This document shows positions 47,503-58,226 of a stretch of DNA of 64,000 nucleotides, piece by piece. The stretch comes from Nitrososphaerota archaeon (GTDB lineage Archaea; Thermoproteota; Nitrososphaeria_A; Caldarchaeales; Calditenuaceae), in the NCBI GenBank assembly GCA_041641295.1, contig JBEPYO010000001.1, positions 608,001 to 672,000 of the forward strand, given 5' to 3'. The notes under the pieces were generated by a model, which was not told the origin of the DNA, did no database searches, and saw nothing but the letters and a program-made list of their open reading frames with translations. Numbering within the stretch: position 1 is the stretch's first letter; each line of letters starts with the position of its first letter. The position numbers were made by a program, and so were the translations under genes.

Positions 47503-47919
47503 TTATCTCTTCAACATTATCTCGTGCCGATTTTCCCAGCTATGCCTGACAGCGGCAGCCACCTCATTACATGCAACCAACATTAGGGCTTTCTCAAACT
47601 TCCGAAACATCTTAGCAACTTCTCTCTGCTTCATCTTCAAGACCTTCGCAGCCTTATCCAAATCATATCCAATAGGTGTGGAAAACTGGGATAGGTCGAA
47701 GGGCGGCCGCGGCTTGTAGTCTCTGACGCGGTAACATGCCTCAAGCCAAGTGGAAGCCTCCTCCTTCGACGCAACATGCCTATCGCTCCAGAGCCTCAAG
47801 ACACCGCTCTTCTCCGGCATTAGCTCGCAGACCAGCTCTGTTAAAGCTTCCCAGACTATGAAGCTCCGCCTATCAGAGAAAGCCACACCCTCATCGATAC
47901 AGACAATATAGCTCGTCAT
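47503..47919 (-). CDS. hypothetical protein
   Basis: 138-aa ORF with GGAGGT before the ATG. Confidence 0.65.
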   Translation of the reverse strand: MTSYIVCIDEGVAFSDRRSFIVWEALTELVCELMPEKSGVLRLWSDRHVASKEEASTWLEACYRVRDYKPRPPFDLSQFSTPIGYDLDKAAKVLKMKQREVAKMFRKFEKALMLVACNEVAAAVRHSWENRHEIMLKR

Positions 47920-47989
47920 ACCTCCTAGGCCCTAAGCCCTATCCATCCTTAGTTTTTACTTATAGTGTTTCCCACTTAACACCAATCTC

Positions 47990-48754
47990 TCAGTTAGTGG
48001 ACGGTGATTCTCCCAGCCTGCTCCTAAGCCGTCTCAGAAACCGCTCCGTTCTCTCCCTCCTCGGCCGCTCTAGGACTTGACGGGCATCACCCTCCTCAAC
48101 GATCTGACCCTCATCTATGAAGACGACACGGTCTGCCGCCGCCTCGGCAAAGTCCAACTCATGTGTGACGATGAGCATTGACCTGCCCTGCTTCGCGACT
48201 TGGTATAGGGTCTCGACAACCTCGTATCTCAGCTCGGGGTCCAGTGCAGAGGTAGGCTCATCTAGTAGGAGTAGTTTGGGGTCAATCGCTAGAGCCCTCG
48301 CTATAGCGGCTCTCTGCTGCTGGCCACCCGAGAGCTCCAGAGGATACTTTCCGGCTAATTCTCCGAGGCCGAGCATGTCAAGAACGGACTTAGCCGTCTC
48401 CTCTGCCTCTCGTCTACTCATCCCCTTACTAAGCTCTAGTGGAAGGGCCACATTCCTGATAATGGTCATGTGGGGAAAAAGGTTGTATTGCTGGAAGACA
48501 AACCCTGTATTCGCTCTTATTCTTCTGAGGACCGCCGGGTCAGGGCTCACAGTGAGCCCGTCTATGCGAATCTCCCCACTCCAAGGCCTCACCAAGTATG
48601 GAATACATTTCAGGAGCGTGCTCTTGCCCGAGCCACTCGGGCCGAGAATAACGACTTTCTCGCCCCTCTTGACGCGCAGGTCTATGCCCCTCAAGACCTC
48701 AACCTTCCCATAGCCAGCCCTTAACCCGTTAATTTGCAGCAGCTCCTCGCTCAA
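47990..48754 (-). CDS. polar amino acid ABC transporter ATPase
   Basis: GPSGSGKST, FQQYNLFPHM, LSGGQQQR, DEPTSALDPE. Confidence 0.95.
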   Translation of the reverse strand: MSEELLQINGLRAGYGKVEVLRGIDLRVKRGEKVVILGPSGSGKSTLLKCIPYLVRPWSGEIRIDGLTVSPDPAVLRRIRANTGFVFQQYNLFPHMTIIRNVALPLELSKGMSRREAEETAKSVLDMLGLGELAGKYPLELSGGQQQRAAIARALAIDPKLLLLDEPTSALDPELRYEVVETLYQVAKQGRSMLIVTHELDFAEAAADRVVFIDEGQIVEEGDARQVLERPRRERTERFLRRLRSRLGESPSTN

Positions 48755-49419
48755 ACTAGAGCCCTCTTATAACCGGGAATAGCATATCGCGTCTCCAGCA
48801 TCTTAGAAAACTGCGACGTGGGCAGACAGATGGCGAGATAAATCGCAGCGGCCAGCAAGTATATCTCGGGCATAAACGTGTAGGAGACCATATACTCGGT
48901 CCTTCTAAACAGCTCGGCAACACCAATAATCGAGGCGAGCGACGTATACTTGATGAGGGCTACAAACTCGTTGACTAGCGCGGGGGTGGCAACCCGGATT
49001 GCCTGCGGAAATATGATGAACCGGTAGGTCTGGACAGTCGTCATCCCAAGCGACTCCGCGGCAAGATACTGCTCCTCAGGAATACCCTTAATCGCAGAGC
49101 GGAGGATCTCGGCCTGATAAGCCGCGCTATTGAGGCCGATCGCTATCACAGAGGCTGTGAAAGCGTCCAGCCTAATACCAACCGTGGGAAGACCAAAGTA
49201 GATAAAGAATATCTGCACGAGTAGCGGTGTTCCGCGGAAGAACTCGATGTACGAGCGGGAAATAATCGAAAGTGGCTTAGAGCCAAAAACTCTTGCCGCG
49301 GCTAAGACGGCCCCCAGTGCTAAGCCGAGAGCGAAGGAGAGAAGTGTCAGCTGCATCGTTACGGGTATGCCCTCCAGCAAGTAGGGGAGGATCTGGAACA
49401 AAAAACGACTAATGTCCAA
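48751..49419 (-). CDS. polar amino acid ABC permease
   Basis: FRGTPLLVQ, AAYQAEILRS. Confidence 0.95.
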   Translation of the reverse strand: MDISRFLFQILPYLLEGIPVTMQLTLLSFALGLALGAVLAAARVFGSKPLSIISRSYIEFFRGTPLLVQIFFIYFGLPTVGIRLDAFTASVIAIGLNSAAYQAEILRSAIKGIPEEQYLAAESLGMTTVQTYRFIIFPQAIRVATPALVNEFVALIKYTSLASIIGVAELFRRTEYMVSYTFMPEIYLLAAAIYLAICLPTSQFSKMLETRYAIPGYKRALV

Positions 49420-49432
49420 CTCCTAAAACCGT

Positions 49433-50263
49433 TTATTGCCCAAGCCACTTATTAATTTCTTCCTCGAAGATCCGGCTCATCTCGCCGCTTGACGTAAGAT
49501 CTTCTATCACCTTGTTGACGATGTATTTCAGCTCCTCTTCACCCTGTGGGATTCCTATAGCAGCACCGCTTAGACTCCCAATCTTCAGGACTACAGCCAG
49601 CTCAGGGTCGCGGGATGCAAGCACGGTAGCGATTATGTCTCCCACGATTATCGCGTCGAGGTCTCCCCTCTTTAGCGTCATGACCATCTCGGGGTAGACC
49701 CGGTCATAAGAGACTATGTTAGCCTTTCCCCCCAGGTTCTCCTTGGCCCACTCCTCCTGTATCGTGCCCTGCTGGACACCTATGTTTTTGCCGACCAGCG
49801 CTGACTCTGAGGTGATTTGAGACGCCTTACTCTTAAGCACCACGACCGCGGCGTCGTATGCCACATAGTATCCCTTAGAGAAGTCGATCTCTCTTTCACG
49901 CTCCGCCGTGTGGTGGAGATCTGCCAAGATAAGGTCGATCTGCCCAGCCTTCAAGGCCTGAATCAAAGCACCAAACTTCATGTCGCGGATCTCAAGTTTG
50001 ACACCGATCTCCCGCGCAATCCTATCAGCAATCACGATGTCTATGCCAGCGAAGTTGCCCTGCGCGTCTATGTATTCGAAGGGCGGCCAGTCTGCGCTCG
50101 TACCAACTATTAGCACACCTCGACTCTTAATTGTGTCGAGAAGAGACGGCTTGGCCGGTGGAGTCATAAGTGAGGAGGCTGCATAAAACCCACCGGCACC
50201 AATAACAACACCTACAACCAATGCGACTGCAATCCAAACGGCACCAACACTTTTAGCCGCCAT
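49433..50263 (-). CDS. polar amino acid ABC substrate-binding protein
   Basis: GTSADWPPFE, GID, ER...DFS, GVQQGTIQ. Confidence 0.93.
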   Translation of the reverse strand: MAAKSVGAVWIAVALVVGVVIGAGGFYAASSLMTPPAKPSLLDTIKSRGVLIVGTSADWPPFEYIDAQGNFAGIDIVIADRIAREIGVKLEIRDMKFGALIQALKAGQIDLILADLHHTAEREREIDFSKGYYVAYDAAVVVLKSKASQITSESALVGKNIGVQQGTIQEEWAKENLGGKANIVSYDRVYPEMVMTLKRGDLDAIIVGDIIATVLASRDPELAVVLKIGSLSGAAIGIPQGEEELKYIVNKVIEDLTSSGEMSRIFEEEINKWLGQ

Positions 50264-50449
50264 GTTCGGTCAAAGTAAGGAAGTGGCCTGTTTAAAGACT
50301 TTTTTATAACACCGCAATACAGGCAGTTTTTACAACTTAAGACAGGCCATTTGGTTGAATTCTTTAAGTGGGGTGCTGTAGACAATATCTGCGACTCATA
50401 TTTTTCTACGATAAGAAGATATATATTGAGGGGAAAGGCTGGAATAAGC

Positions 50450-50788
50450 ATGACACGTTATAAGGCCCCCGATCTTCCAGCCGAGAAGGTTACCCCGGAG
50501 CTGGTTAGAGATGAGCTACTGAAGTGTTTTGAGAGCGCCAACAAAGAGTTCATGGAGATCCTCGGCCAGCCCTATCAGGACGAGGTCTTAAAGCAGCAGG
50601 TCCGCCAATTCCTCGAGGGCGTGTTTAAACAGTGTGGGGTAAGCATCGAGAGGCCGACTAAGGAGGGGCTCTTGATGGCGATAGAGGCCTGTAAGGCCAA
50701 TGCTGAAAAGATGATGGGAGAGAAGGGCGCAGCAGTTATCAGACACCACTATGAAGAAATGATGAAGCTGATTAGCAAGCTCCGCTAA
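50450..50788 (+). CDS. hypothetical helical protein
   Basis: ATG 50450 lies about 25 nt after a TATATA box; no family recognised. Confidence 0.65.
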   Translation: MTRYKAPDLPAEKVTPELVRDELLKCFESANKEFMEILGQPYQDEVLKQQVRQFLEGVFKQCGVSIERPTKEGLLMAIEACKANAEKMMGEKGAAVIRHHYEEMMKLISKLR

Positions 50789-50856
50789 GACACGCCCTAC
50801 CTACAAAATAACTAAAAAATTACTGGGTCTTAGGAGACTATCTCTCTTAAACTCTT

Positions 50857-51114
50857 TTAAGCCAAGAGTTCAGCCTTAACCAACGCATCTACAAGCTCTT
50901 TTATAGGCTCTCGAAGCTCATCTGGGTTTATCTCTGATATGTCTGCAACCTCCTGTATTACCTCCTCAACAGTCTTCTCCTCAAACCTATCCCAGATGGC
51001 TACAATCGACTCGTTCACAAGATACGCAACTCCTTTCTCGTTGACTAGGAGGAGCTCACCCTCCCCGGTCTGCGTGAGATATCCCTTCTTGTTTAGACGC
51101 TTTTCCTCAGCCAA
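50857..51114 (-). CDS. PqqD/RRE-like small winged-helix protein
   Basis: LLLVN...YLVNESIVAIWD...TVEEVI...LVDALVKAELL pattern. Confidence 0.7.
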   Translation of the reverse strand: MAEEKRLNKKGYLTQTGEGELLLVNEKGVAYLVNESIVAIWDRFEEKTVEEVIQEVADISEINPDELREPIKELVDALVKAELLA

Positions 51115-51234
51115 TTCAGCTATAGACTGGACCGCGCCTTATAACCCTTTACTGACTATTTCAAGCGAACTCGAAATAAAAACTGGCAACGAGGGGCATT
51201 AATGACATATATCGGCGATGCGCTGTTTTTCTCG

Positions 51235-52050
51235 ATGGTCCCGGCCGGGCAGAACACGTCTTGGGGGTTGAGGAACAGGCTCTCGAGGATAATTAAGCCG
51301 AAGGATGGCAGGACACTTATGCTTGCTGTAGACCACGGATATTTTCTGGGCCCTATCCGCGGCCTCGAGAACCCAAGGAGGACGATAACACCACTCCTTC
51401 CATACGTGGATGCGGTGATGCTTACGCGCGGTGTTCTAAGAACCTCGATAGACCCGGAGTATGATGTTCCCGTGGTCTTGAGGGTTTCAGGAGGGAATAC
51501 GATTGATGGCCCCGCACTTGGTGATGAGGAGATTGTAACGTCGATGGAGGATGCTATCAGGCTTAACGCCTCCGCCCTCGCATTCTCAATATACGTAGGT
51601 ACACAGTTCGAGCATCAGACACTCAAGTCGCTAGCTAGGCTTGTGGACGCTGGTGAGAGGTATGGGATACCTATTCTAGCGGTCACGGCTGTGGGGCGTG
51701 AGCTGGAGAAGAGGACTGCAAAATACATCGGGCTCGCATGCAGGGTCGCAGCTGAGCTGGGAGCGCACTTCATCAAGACATACTATACAGAGGACTTCCA
51801 CAGGGTTGTGGACTCTGTCCCTGTACCGCTCGTGATTGCGGGCGGGCCTAAACTAGAGTCGGACCTAGATGTCTTACAGCTCGCATACAACGCTGTATCA
51901 GAGGGCGCGGCGGGCATAGACTTCGGCCGCAACGTCTTCCAGAACCCCAACCCAATAGGCATGATCAAGGCGCTACGGGGAATAATCCACGAAAACATGA
52001 CACCGCAAGAGGCTGCAGAACTACTAAAGCCGGAGAAGATAAAAGCATAG
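51235..52050 (+). CDS. lsrF: LsrF-like class I aldolase/thiolase (DhnA family)
   Basis: WGLRNRLSRI, MLAVDHGYF.GP, AAELGAHFIKTYY, IAGGPK, GRNVFQ. Confidence 0.85.
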   Translation: MVPAGQNTSWGLRNRLSRIIKPKDGRTLMLAVDHGYFLGPIRGLENPRRTITPLLPYVDAVMLTRGVLRTSIDPEYDVPVVLRVSGGNTIDGPALGDEEIVTSMEDAIRLNASALAFSIYVGTQFEHQTLKSLARLVDAGERYGIPILAVTAVGRELEKRTAKYIGLACRVAAELGAHFIKTYYTEDFHRVVDSVPVPLVIAGGPKLESDLDVLQLAYNAVSEGAAGIDFGRNVFQNPNPIGMIKALRGIIHENMTPQEAAELLKPEKIKA

Positions 52051-52262
52051 AGAATTTTGTAATCGGTATCGCGGTAGCAATCCTCTATCCTTTTTCTGTG
52101 ATACTCGACGCTACGCTAAAAAGCATAGGTGTTGAGATAGCTACTTCTAGCTGGAGGTGAGACTTGTTTACCCTGCGCAGCCCTGTCATATACGCGACCT
52201 ATTCTTTTATGCGTTAATCTATATAAAAAGCATATTAACCTGTTCATTTCCGTTAAGAAGCA

Positions 52263-54617
52263 ATGACGTTAACTAAGCTGTTCGGCGCTAAGGTTCGGCG
52301 TAAAGAGGACCCACGGCTCTTGACCGGCCGTGGAAAATTTACGGCCGACATACATCTTCCCGGGACTTGCTATGCCGTTTTTGTTAGAAGCATGCGCGCC
52401 CATGCCCGGATCAAATCTGTTGACGTCTCGGATGCGCTTAGAATGGAGGGCGTGATAGCTGCCTTGACAGGTCAGGATATTAAAGATGCGTTAGGGGCAG
52501 TGCCTACTGCTTGGCTGCTACCCGGAGCCGAGCTCAAAGTGCCTAGGTATATGCCGTTGGCGGTGGACCGGGTAAGGTATGTTGGAGACCCTTATGCTGT
52601 GGTTGTAGCCAGTTCGCCCTACATAGCGGTCGATGCTGCTGAGCGTGTCAAGGCTGAGTTTGAACCCCTTCCTTCAGTAACCAATCCTGAGAGGGCGGTC
52701 CAGCCCGGTGCGCCACAGCTCTATGACGATGTCCCAAATAATACTGCGCTTGTCTGGAGGGCCTCTGGCGGAGATGTTGATGAAGTGTTTTCACGCGCAG
52801 ATGTTATAGTCAAGCAGAAGATGTTTATTAATAGACTTCAGCCTACGCCGATAGAGACTAGGGGCGTTTTAGCCGTCTATGACAGGTATGCCGAGAAGGC
52901 CACCGTCTATATAACCAGCCAGTTTCCACACGTCCACAGGCTTCTTCTATCGGAGATTACAGGCATACCCGAACACCGGCTCCGCGTGGTCTCCTACGAC
53001 GTGGGAGGGGGATTCGGTTCAAAGGGTCACTGTTACGGAACAGAGGCAGTGGTCCTGTATTTGGCTATGAGGCTGGGAATTCCAATCAAGTGGATTGAGA
53101 CGAGGGAGGAGAACTTTAAGTCGACTATCCATGCGAGGGAACGTGTCGTATATGCAGAGGCTGCGGCGGCTAGGGACTGCAGGGTTCTGGGTCTTCGGGT
53201 GAAGTGTTACGCCAACTTGGGCGCCTATCTCTCTACATTTGCCCCCGGCATAGCTTCCTTAGTGTTTGGGGGCACGTTCCCGGGCCCCTACAACATCCAA
53301 GCCGTCTCGGTCGAAGTAGTTGGGGCTTTGACCAATACAGCACCGGTTGATGCGTACAGGGGGGCTGGCATGCCTGAGGGCACATATGTTCTCGAACGCT
53401 TGATTGACTTGATTGCTAAGGAACTCAACATGGACCCTGCAGATGTTAGGGCGCGCAACTTTATTCCTAGAGATGCATTCCCATACCGCACACCCATGGG
53501 GCTTACCTATGATAGCGGTGACTATGAGAAGGCTTTCAGAAAGGCTCTCGAACTTGCAGAGTATTGGCGCTGGCGCGAAGAGCAAGAGCGCGGCAGGGCT
53601 GCAGGGCGGCTGATCGGAGTCGGTATCTCGAGCTTCGTGGAGCTCAGTGGGCTGGGGCCGTCGGCGGCTATGAGGGCTGTGGGGTTAAGCTTGGGATTCT
53701 GGGAGAGCGCAGTTGTGAGGGTTCACCCGACTGGAAAGGTTACAGTCTTCACCGGTGGTCATCCGCATGGGCAGGGTGAGGAGACCACCTTCGCCCAAAT
53801 AGTTGCCGATAAGCTGGGAGTGTCTATCGAGGATGTTGATGTCGTCCACGGGGATACGGAACTCACCCCGTTTGGGCTGGGCACGTACGGTAGCAGGACA
53901 GCAACGGTCGGAGGCGGAGCCATAGCACTAGCATGTGACAGAATAATCGAGAAGGGAAGGAAGATCGCGGCCCACTTGCTAGAGGTGCGTGAGGAGGACG
54001 TTGCATTTGAGGCGGGCAGATACTACGTGAAGGAGCTACCCGAGAGGCAGAAGAGTATACAGGAGGTGGCCCGCGCAGCCTACGCAGCCGGCGTCAACGA
54101 ACTCCCACAAGGAGTAGAGCCAAGCCTAGAGGCCACGGCCTTCTACGACCCATCAAACTTCACGTTCCCATTCGGCACACACGTCTGCGTAGTCGAGGTC
54201 GACCCGGAGACCGGCCAAGTCAAGATTCTGAAATACGTGGCTGTAGATGATTGTGGAAACCAGATAAACCCGATGATTGTTGAGGGACAGATTCATGGAG
54301 GAGTGTTGCAAGGGCTTGCTCAGGCGCTCTACGAGGAGGCGGTTTATGATGAGAGCGGCAACCTGCTGACCTCAACGCTCGCCGACTACTTGGTGCCAAC
54401 GACCGTAGAAGCACCTGACATCATCACAGATTTCACAGTCACTCCCTCCCCCCACAATCCACTGGGCGTTAAGGGTGTAGGTGAGGCCGGAACCATAGCC
54501 TCCACATCGGCAGTAGCCAATGCTGTTCTAGACGCCCTCACACACCTCGGGGTCAGACACATAGACATTCCACTCACACCCGAGAAGATTTTGAGAGCGC
54601 TAGGAAAGATTCAATAA
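52263..54617 (+). CDS. xanthine-oxidase-family molybdopterin-binding large subunit (form II CoxL/CutA-like)
   Basis: [36 protein letters not shown]. Confidence 0.92.
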   Translation: MTLTKLFGAKVRRKEDPRLLTGRGKFTADIHLPGTCYAVFVRSMRAHARIKSVDVSDALRMEGVIAALTGQDIKDALGAVPTAWLLPGAELKVPRYMPLAVDRVRYVGDPYAVVVASSPYIAVDAAERVKAEFEPLPSVTNPERAVQPGAPQLYDDVPNNTALVWRASGGDVDEVFSRADVIVKQKMFINRLQPTPIETRGVLAVYDRYAEKATVYITSQFPHVHRLLLSEITGIPEHRLRVVSYDVGGGFGSKGHCYGTEAVVLYLAMRLGIPIKWIETREENFKSTIHARERVVYAEAAAARDCRVLGLRVKCYANLGAYLSTFAPGIASLVFGGTFPGPYNIQAVSVEVVGALTNTAPVDAYRGAGMPEGTYVLERLIDLIAKELNMDPADVRARNFIPRDAFPYRTPMGLTYDSGDYEKAFRKALELAEYWRWREEQERGRAAGRLIGVGISSFVELSGLGPSAAMRAVGLSLGFWESAVVRVHPTGKVTVFTGGHPHGQGEETTFAQIVADKLGVSIEDVDVVHGDTELTPFGLGTYGSRTATVGGGAIALACDRIIEKGRKIAAHLLEVREEDVAFEAGRYYVKELPERQKSIQEVARAAYAAGVNELPQGVEPSLEATAFYDPSNFTFPFGTHVCVVEVDPETGQVKILKYVAVDDCGNQINPMIVEGQIHGGVLQGLAQALYEEAVYDESGNLLTSTLADYLVPTTVEAPDIITDFTVTPSPHNPLGVKGVGEAGTIASTSAVANAVLDALTHLGVRHIDIPLTPEKILRALGKIQ

Positions 54618-54688
54618 TGTGCTAGGACTCCCGCTAGTCAGCCGACGTATTTACTGGTATGGAGAGGCTGACAACTTAGAACCCGTGT

Positions 54689-55513
54689 TTAATCTCCGAC
54701 GATTATCCTTCCTTCCATACCTTGCTCGCGGTGCCCAGGGATGGAGCAGTAGAACGTATAGGTGCCTACCTGATCGAATGTAAGCACTCCCAAGGATGTG
54801 GACCGCTGAGGATTGTTTAGCTTGAAGCCAAGCTCGTCTATTGTGATGTCGTGCAGTTGGTTGTCAAAGTTCTTCACCACTAGTACAATGTTATCTCCCC
54901 TGTCGACGGTGAACTCTTTAGTAGTTTTGTAGTTAACGCTCTCCTCCTCGATGTACAGCGTCGCGCCGGGTGAACCACTAGCTAGGGGCCAGCCCGAGCC
55001 GCCTGGTGAGGCTGATGATAGGTAGGCAGTGAAGAGTGATCCCACCATCACGCCGAAGACTATCAGAGAAACTGCGTTAAGCTTGGAGACTTTAAGTGGT
55101 GTGATAGGTATCCTGCCCCTAATTTCTCGGAAGCCCTGTATAGCAAAGACGACTGAGAGGGGCGCGCCTAAAAGAAATGTAAGCGCAATTATGAATGAGT
55201 CTGGCTGGCTGCTAGGCCGTGAAAGTATTCCCAATATCTCTGTCACAAAGAGTGCTAGCGTGACCATCAGGCTTGCTGACCCCGCTAGAAAGCCCCACAA
55301 CCTACCACGCAGTACCGCTATGAGCGAGGCTATGTAGGCTAGTATGAAGACGATGAAGGGTATTGCTGGAAACGGAAATCCAAAGCCGCCGAAAGCGATA
55401 AGGAAATAGGCGAAATATACTGAGCCGAGTGCCAGAATAACCGACATCGATATTTTGTTTATCGACCACCTGTGCATAGTCTTAGAATGCTCTTCTGACA
55501 TGATATTTTCCAT
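54689..55513 (-). CDS. multi-TM membrane protein with C-terminal type-1 copper cupredoxin domain
   Basis: About 5 TM helices, then H...YCSIPGHREQGMEG. Confidence 0.8.
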   Translation of the reverse strand: MENIMSEEHSKTMHRWSINKISMSVILALGSVYFAYFLIAFGGFGFPFPAIPFIVFILAYIASLIAVLRGRLWGFLAGSASLMVTLALFVTEILGILSRPSSQPDSFIIALTFLLGAPLSVVFAIQGFREIRGRIPITPLKVSKLNAVSLIVFGVMVGSLFTAYLSSASPGGSGWPLASGSPGATLYIEEESVNYKTTKEFTVDRGDNIVLVVKNFDNQLHDITIDELGFKLNNPQRSTSLGVLTFDQVGTYTFYCSIPGHREQGMEGRIIVGD

Positions 55514-55599
55514 GAGGGTAATATAAAATAGTTATGTGAATAACATAGTTCTGGTTGTCTCACATAGACTTATTAAGGTCATCTCCTATGAGTGTGGTC

Positions 55600-56028
55600 A
55601 TGACAGCTGAACAGAACAAGACTGTCGTCAGAAAAATAATTGAAGAGGTGAATCGCGACCACAGCATTAGTAACATAGACAACATACTAAGAAAATTCTA
55701 TAATGATGAAATGGTTTACCATGGCACTGGCACAGGCGAGACACTTGATAAGAATGGTATGAAAGAGTTTTTCAGCATCTATTTTGCAGCTTTCCCCGAC
55801 ATGAAATTTGAGATCCAAGACCTCGTCGCAGAGGGCGACAAAGTGGTATACCGCATGACTGCAAAGGGCACGCATAAAGGAGAATTGATGGGAATACCTG
55901 CTACAGGCAGAACTTTCTCGGTCAGGACGATTGGAATAATGCGGTTTAAGGATGGTAAGGTTGTGGAAGAGTGGGAAAACTTTGACGAGCTTGGTGTATT
56001 TCGACAGTTGGGCCTAGTCAAAGAATAG
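55600..56028 (+). CDS. SnoaL-like ester cyclase (NTF2 fold)
   Basis: AFPD...DLVAEGDKV...GTHKGELMGIPATG...DGKVVEEW. Confidence 0.9.
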   Translation: MTAEQNKTVVRKIIEEVNRDHSISNIDNILRKFYNDEMVYHGTGTGETLDKNGMKEFFSIYFAAFPDMKFEIQDLVAEGDKVVYRMTAKGTHKGELMGIPATGRTFSVRTIGIMRFKDGKVVEEWENFDELGVFRQLGLVKE

Positions 56029-56335
56029 AATAATGAAGTCAATATATTGACCTCACTTTAGCCCTGTAACACCGAGCATACGCTAGTATATTTGGCCGGC
56101 TCAAAAGTTATCCGCCATCTTTTTTACCAACATTTACTCTTGCATACGACCTAGTACAACTTGACAGTCACTGCCTCGCCCTGATAAAGGTTCTAAGAGC
56201 GCCTAGGGAGATTTGATGGGTTGTTAGGACCGTCGCGTATTCCGCTTTGAGTGTTAAAGTTCTTTAATAGAGGCACCCTCAGGATTTATTGTTGGGGTAG
56301 TCCGTAGGCTTTTGTGGGGAGGGGTTTAGGGGCCA

Positions 56336-57469
56336 TTGAGGTTCTTCGCAACCACTGTGACTGGGCTTGAGGATGTAGCGGCTGCGGAGATCTCGAGGCT
56401 TCTTGGCGTAGATGTGGTTACCGATGTCTCGAAGGTCTTCTTCGATGCGTCGCCTGAGGGGTGTGCCCTCCTCAACTACTCGGCCAAGAGTGTGAACAAG
56501 GTCTATCTGCTTGTGGCGCGGGGTGAGGCTACGGGTCTAGCCGAGATAGAAGGACTCGCGGCTGCGCCGAGCCTAGTTGAGCTTATCGATAGGGGGCAGA
56601 GTTTTGCGGTGAGAGCGGAGAGGCATGGTGAGCATGACTTCACCAGCTTGGACATAGCGGCGGCTGTGGGGGAGGCTATAATAGAGTCATACAAGAGTGC
56701 GACCGGCGTTAGGTTGAGGGTTGACCTCAACGACCCTGATGTCGAGTTTCTAGCCATCCTGAGGGATAGCGACTTTATCCTAGGTCTCAACACTACCGGC
56801 CTATCACTCCACCACAGATACTACAGGGTCCGACACCATAGGGCCGGCCTCTCCCCAACCGTCGCGTACTCGATGTTGATGATTGCTGGCTGGCAGCCAA
56901 GCGAATCCTTGCTAGACCCGTTCTGCGGCTCAGGAACAATCCCGATAGAGGCGGCAATACATGCCCTCAACATCCACCCGGGAATAAGGATGGAAAACCT
57001 CGCGATGACGAGGCTTAGGATCTTCAGCCCCGCTATGCTTCGCCAGCTTAAGGAGAGGCTGATGAGTGAGGAGGAGTCTCCCAAGCCTCTGGATATAGCT
57101 GGGATAGATGCATCACCAAAAGCTCTCGCAGACGCGGAGACGAATCTAGAGATGGCCGGCTTAAAGGGGTGTGTAAATCTATCATTGGGAGACGCTCTGA
57201 ATCTCGAGAAGTTCATCAAGAAGCCCTTCAGCAAGATCGTCTGCAACCCTCCATTCGGAGTGAGGATGGGGCTCCGCGACCCCTACAGCTTCTACACCAA
57301 GGCATTCTCATCTATGAGACGTGCCTCGCCGGGCGCGAGTCTCACACTTATTGCGAGTAAGCCTGTAGTTGTTGCCCGGGCCCTAGAAGATGTGGGCTGG
57401 ACCGTGACGGGGGAGAGGAGGATAATGCTCGGCTCGATAGCCGCCCATATAATAAAAGCAGAGCAGTAA
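56336..57469 (+). CDS. trm14: THUMP plus SAM methyltransferase, tRNA m2G6 (Trm14-like)
   Basis: GLED, THUMP domain, DPFCGSGTIPIEAA, NPPFG. Confidence 0.82.
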   Translation: MRFFATTVTGLEDVAAAEISRLLGVDVVTDVSKVFFDASPEGCALLNYSAKSVNKVYLLVARGEATGLAEIEGLAAAPSLVELIDRGQSFAVRAERHGEHDFTSLDIAAAVGEAIIESYKSATGVRLRVDLNDPDVEFLAILRDSDFILGLNTTGLSLHHRYYRVRHHRAGLSPTVAYSMLMIAGWQPSESLLDPFCGSGTIPIEAAIHALNIHPGIRMENLAMTRLRIFSPAMLRQLKERLMSEEESPKPLDIAGIDASPKALADAETNLEMAGLKGCVNLSLGDALNLEKFIKKPFSKIVCNPPFGVRMGLRDPYSFYTKAFSSMRRASPGASLTLIASKPVVVARALEDVGWTVTGERRIMLGSIAAHIIKAEQ

Positions 57470-57475
57470 ACCCTG

Positions 57476-58120
57476 CTAAACTATCTGCTGATATTCCTCG
57501 CCTGGGACGGGCTGGGCGGTGAATTGCTCGATGGTCAGGGATGATAGGAGTTCAGGGGTGGCCTCTCCCCGCTCAATCAGGTATCTTCGCGCGAGATACC
57601 AGAAGGCGAATGGGAGGGAGGTTCTGCCCCTATTATTCATGGGGATTATGAGGTCTATATTGTTGCAAACGTTGTCGGTGCTGCACATAGCTATTACCGG
57701 CTTCCTAGCGATCGAGGCCTCAACCACTGCCTGCAAGTCGTAGCGAGGGTCGGAAACCAGCACGACCTCTGGCTCGACATAGTATTTTAGTGTCCTATTT
57801 GTCAGGATTCCGGCCGGTATCTTGCCGGCGACGGGGATGCAGCCAGTAACCTCGCAGAACCTCTGAACAGCCCTTATCCCATAGACGTGTGTTGAGACGA
57901 CCAAGATTTTTGAGGGTTCGAACAGGGCCATGAACCGGGCCGCTATGTTCAGCCGCTCTAGGAGCTTCCTAGCCTCGAATAGGTATACCCCGTCCGGCCT
58001 CATCCTATATATGAAGCGCTCCATGTGGGCAACCTTTACCTTGGCTCCAAGATGCACTCCACTCTTAACGAGGAGCTCCTGAAGCTCCACGTCAGGTGAG
58101 AGATAGTCCCTAGCCTCCAA
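57476..58120 (-). CDS. rps2: 30S ribosomal protein S2
   Basis: GVHLG, R.DGVY, DP..D.QAV.EA, DLIIPMNNRG. Confidence 0.95.
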   Translation of the reverse strand: MEARDYLSPDVELQELLVKSGVHLGAKVKVAHMERFIYRMRPDGVYLFEARKLLERLNIAARFMALFEPSKILVVSTHVYGIRAVQRFCEVTGCIPVAGKIPAGILTNRTLKYYVEPEVVLVSDPRYDLQAVVEASIARKPVIAMCSTDNVCNNIDLIIPMNNRGRTSLPFAFWYLARRYLIERGEATPELLSSLTIEQFTAQPVPGEEYQQIV

Positions 58121-58226
58121 GCATCATCACCGGGATAGCCACCCTCAAGCCTACCTCGCACAAGATATGGACAATTCTGTATTCATATACCTTTACAGAG
58201 CCCTCCCCACACGCATCGAGAAGGGT

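Noticed and set aside
52153-52217. Perfect SD (GGAGGTGA) followed by a 17-codon TTG ORF upstream of the coxL-like gene
   Set aside because: Too short, with no recognisable motif or promoter; it cannot be told apart from chance or a gene remnant.
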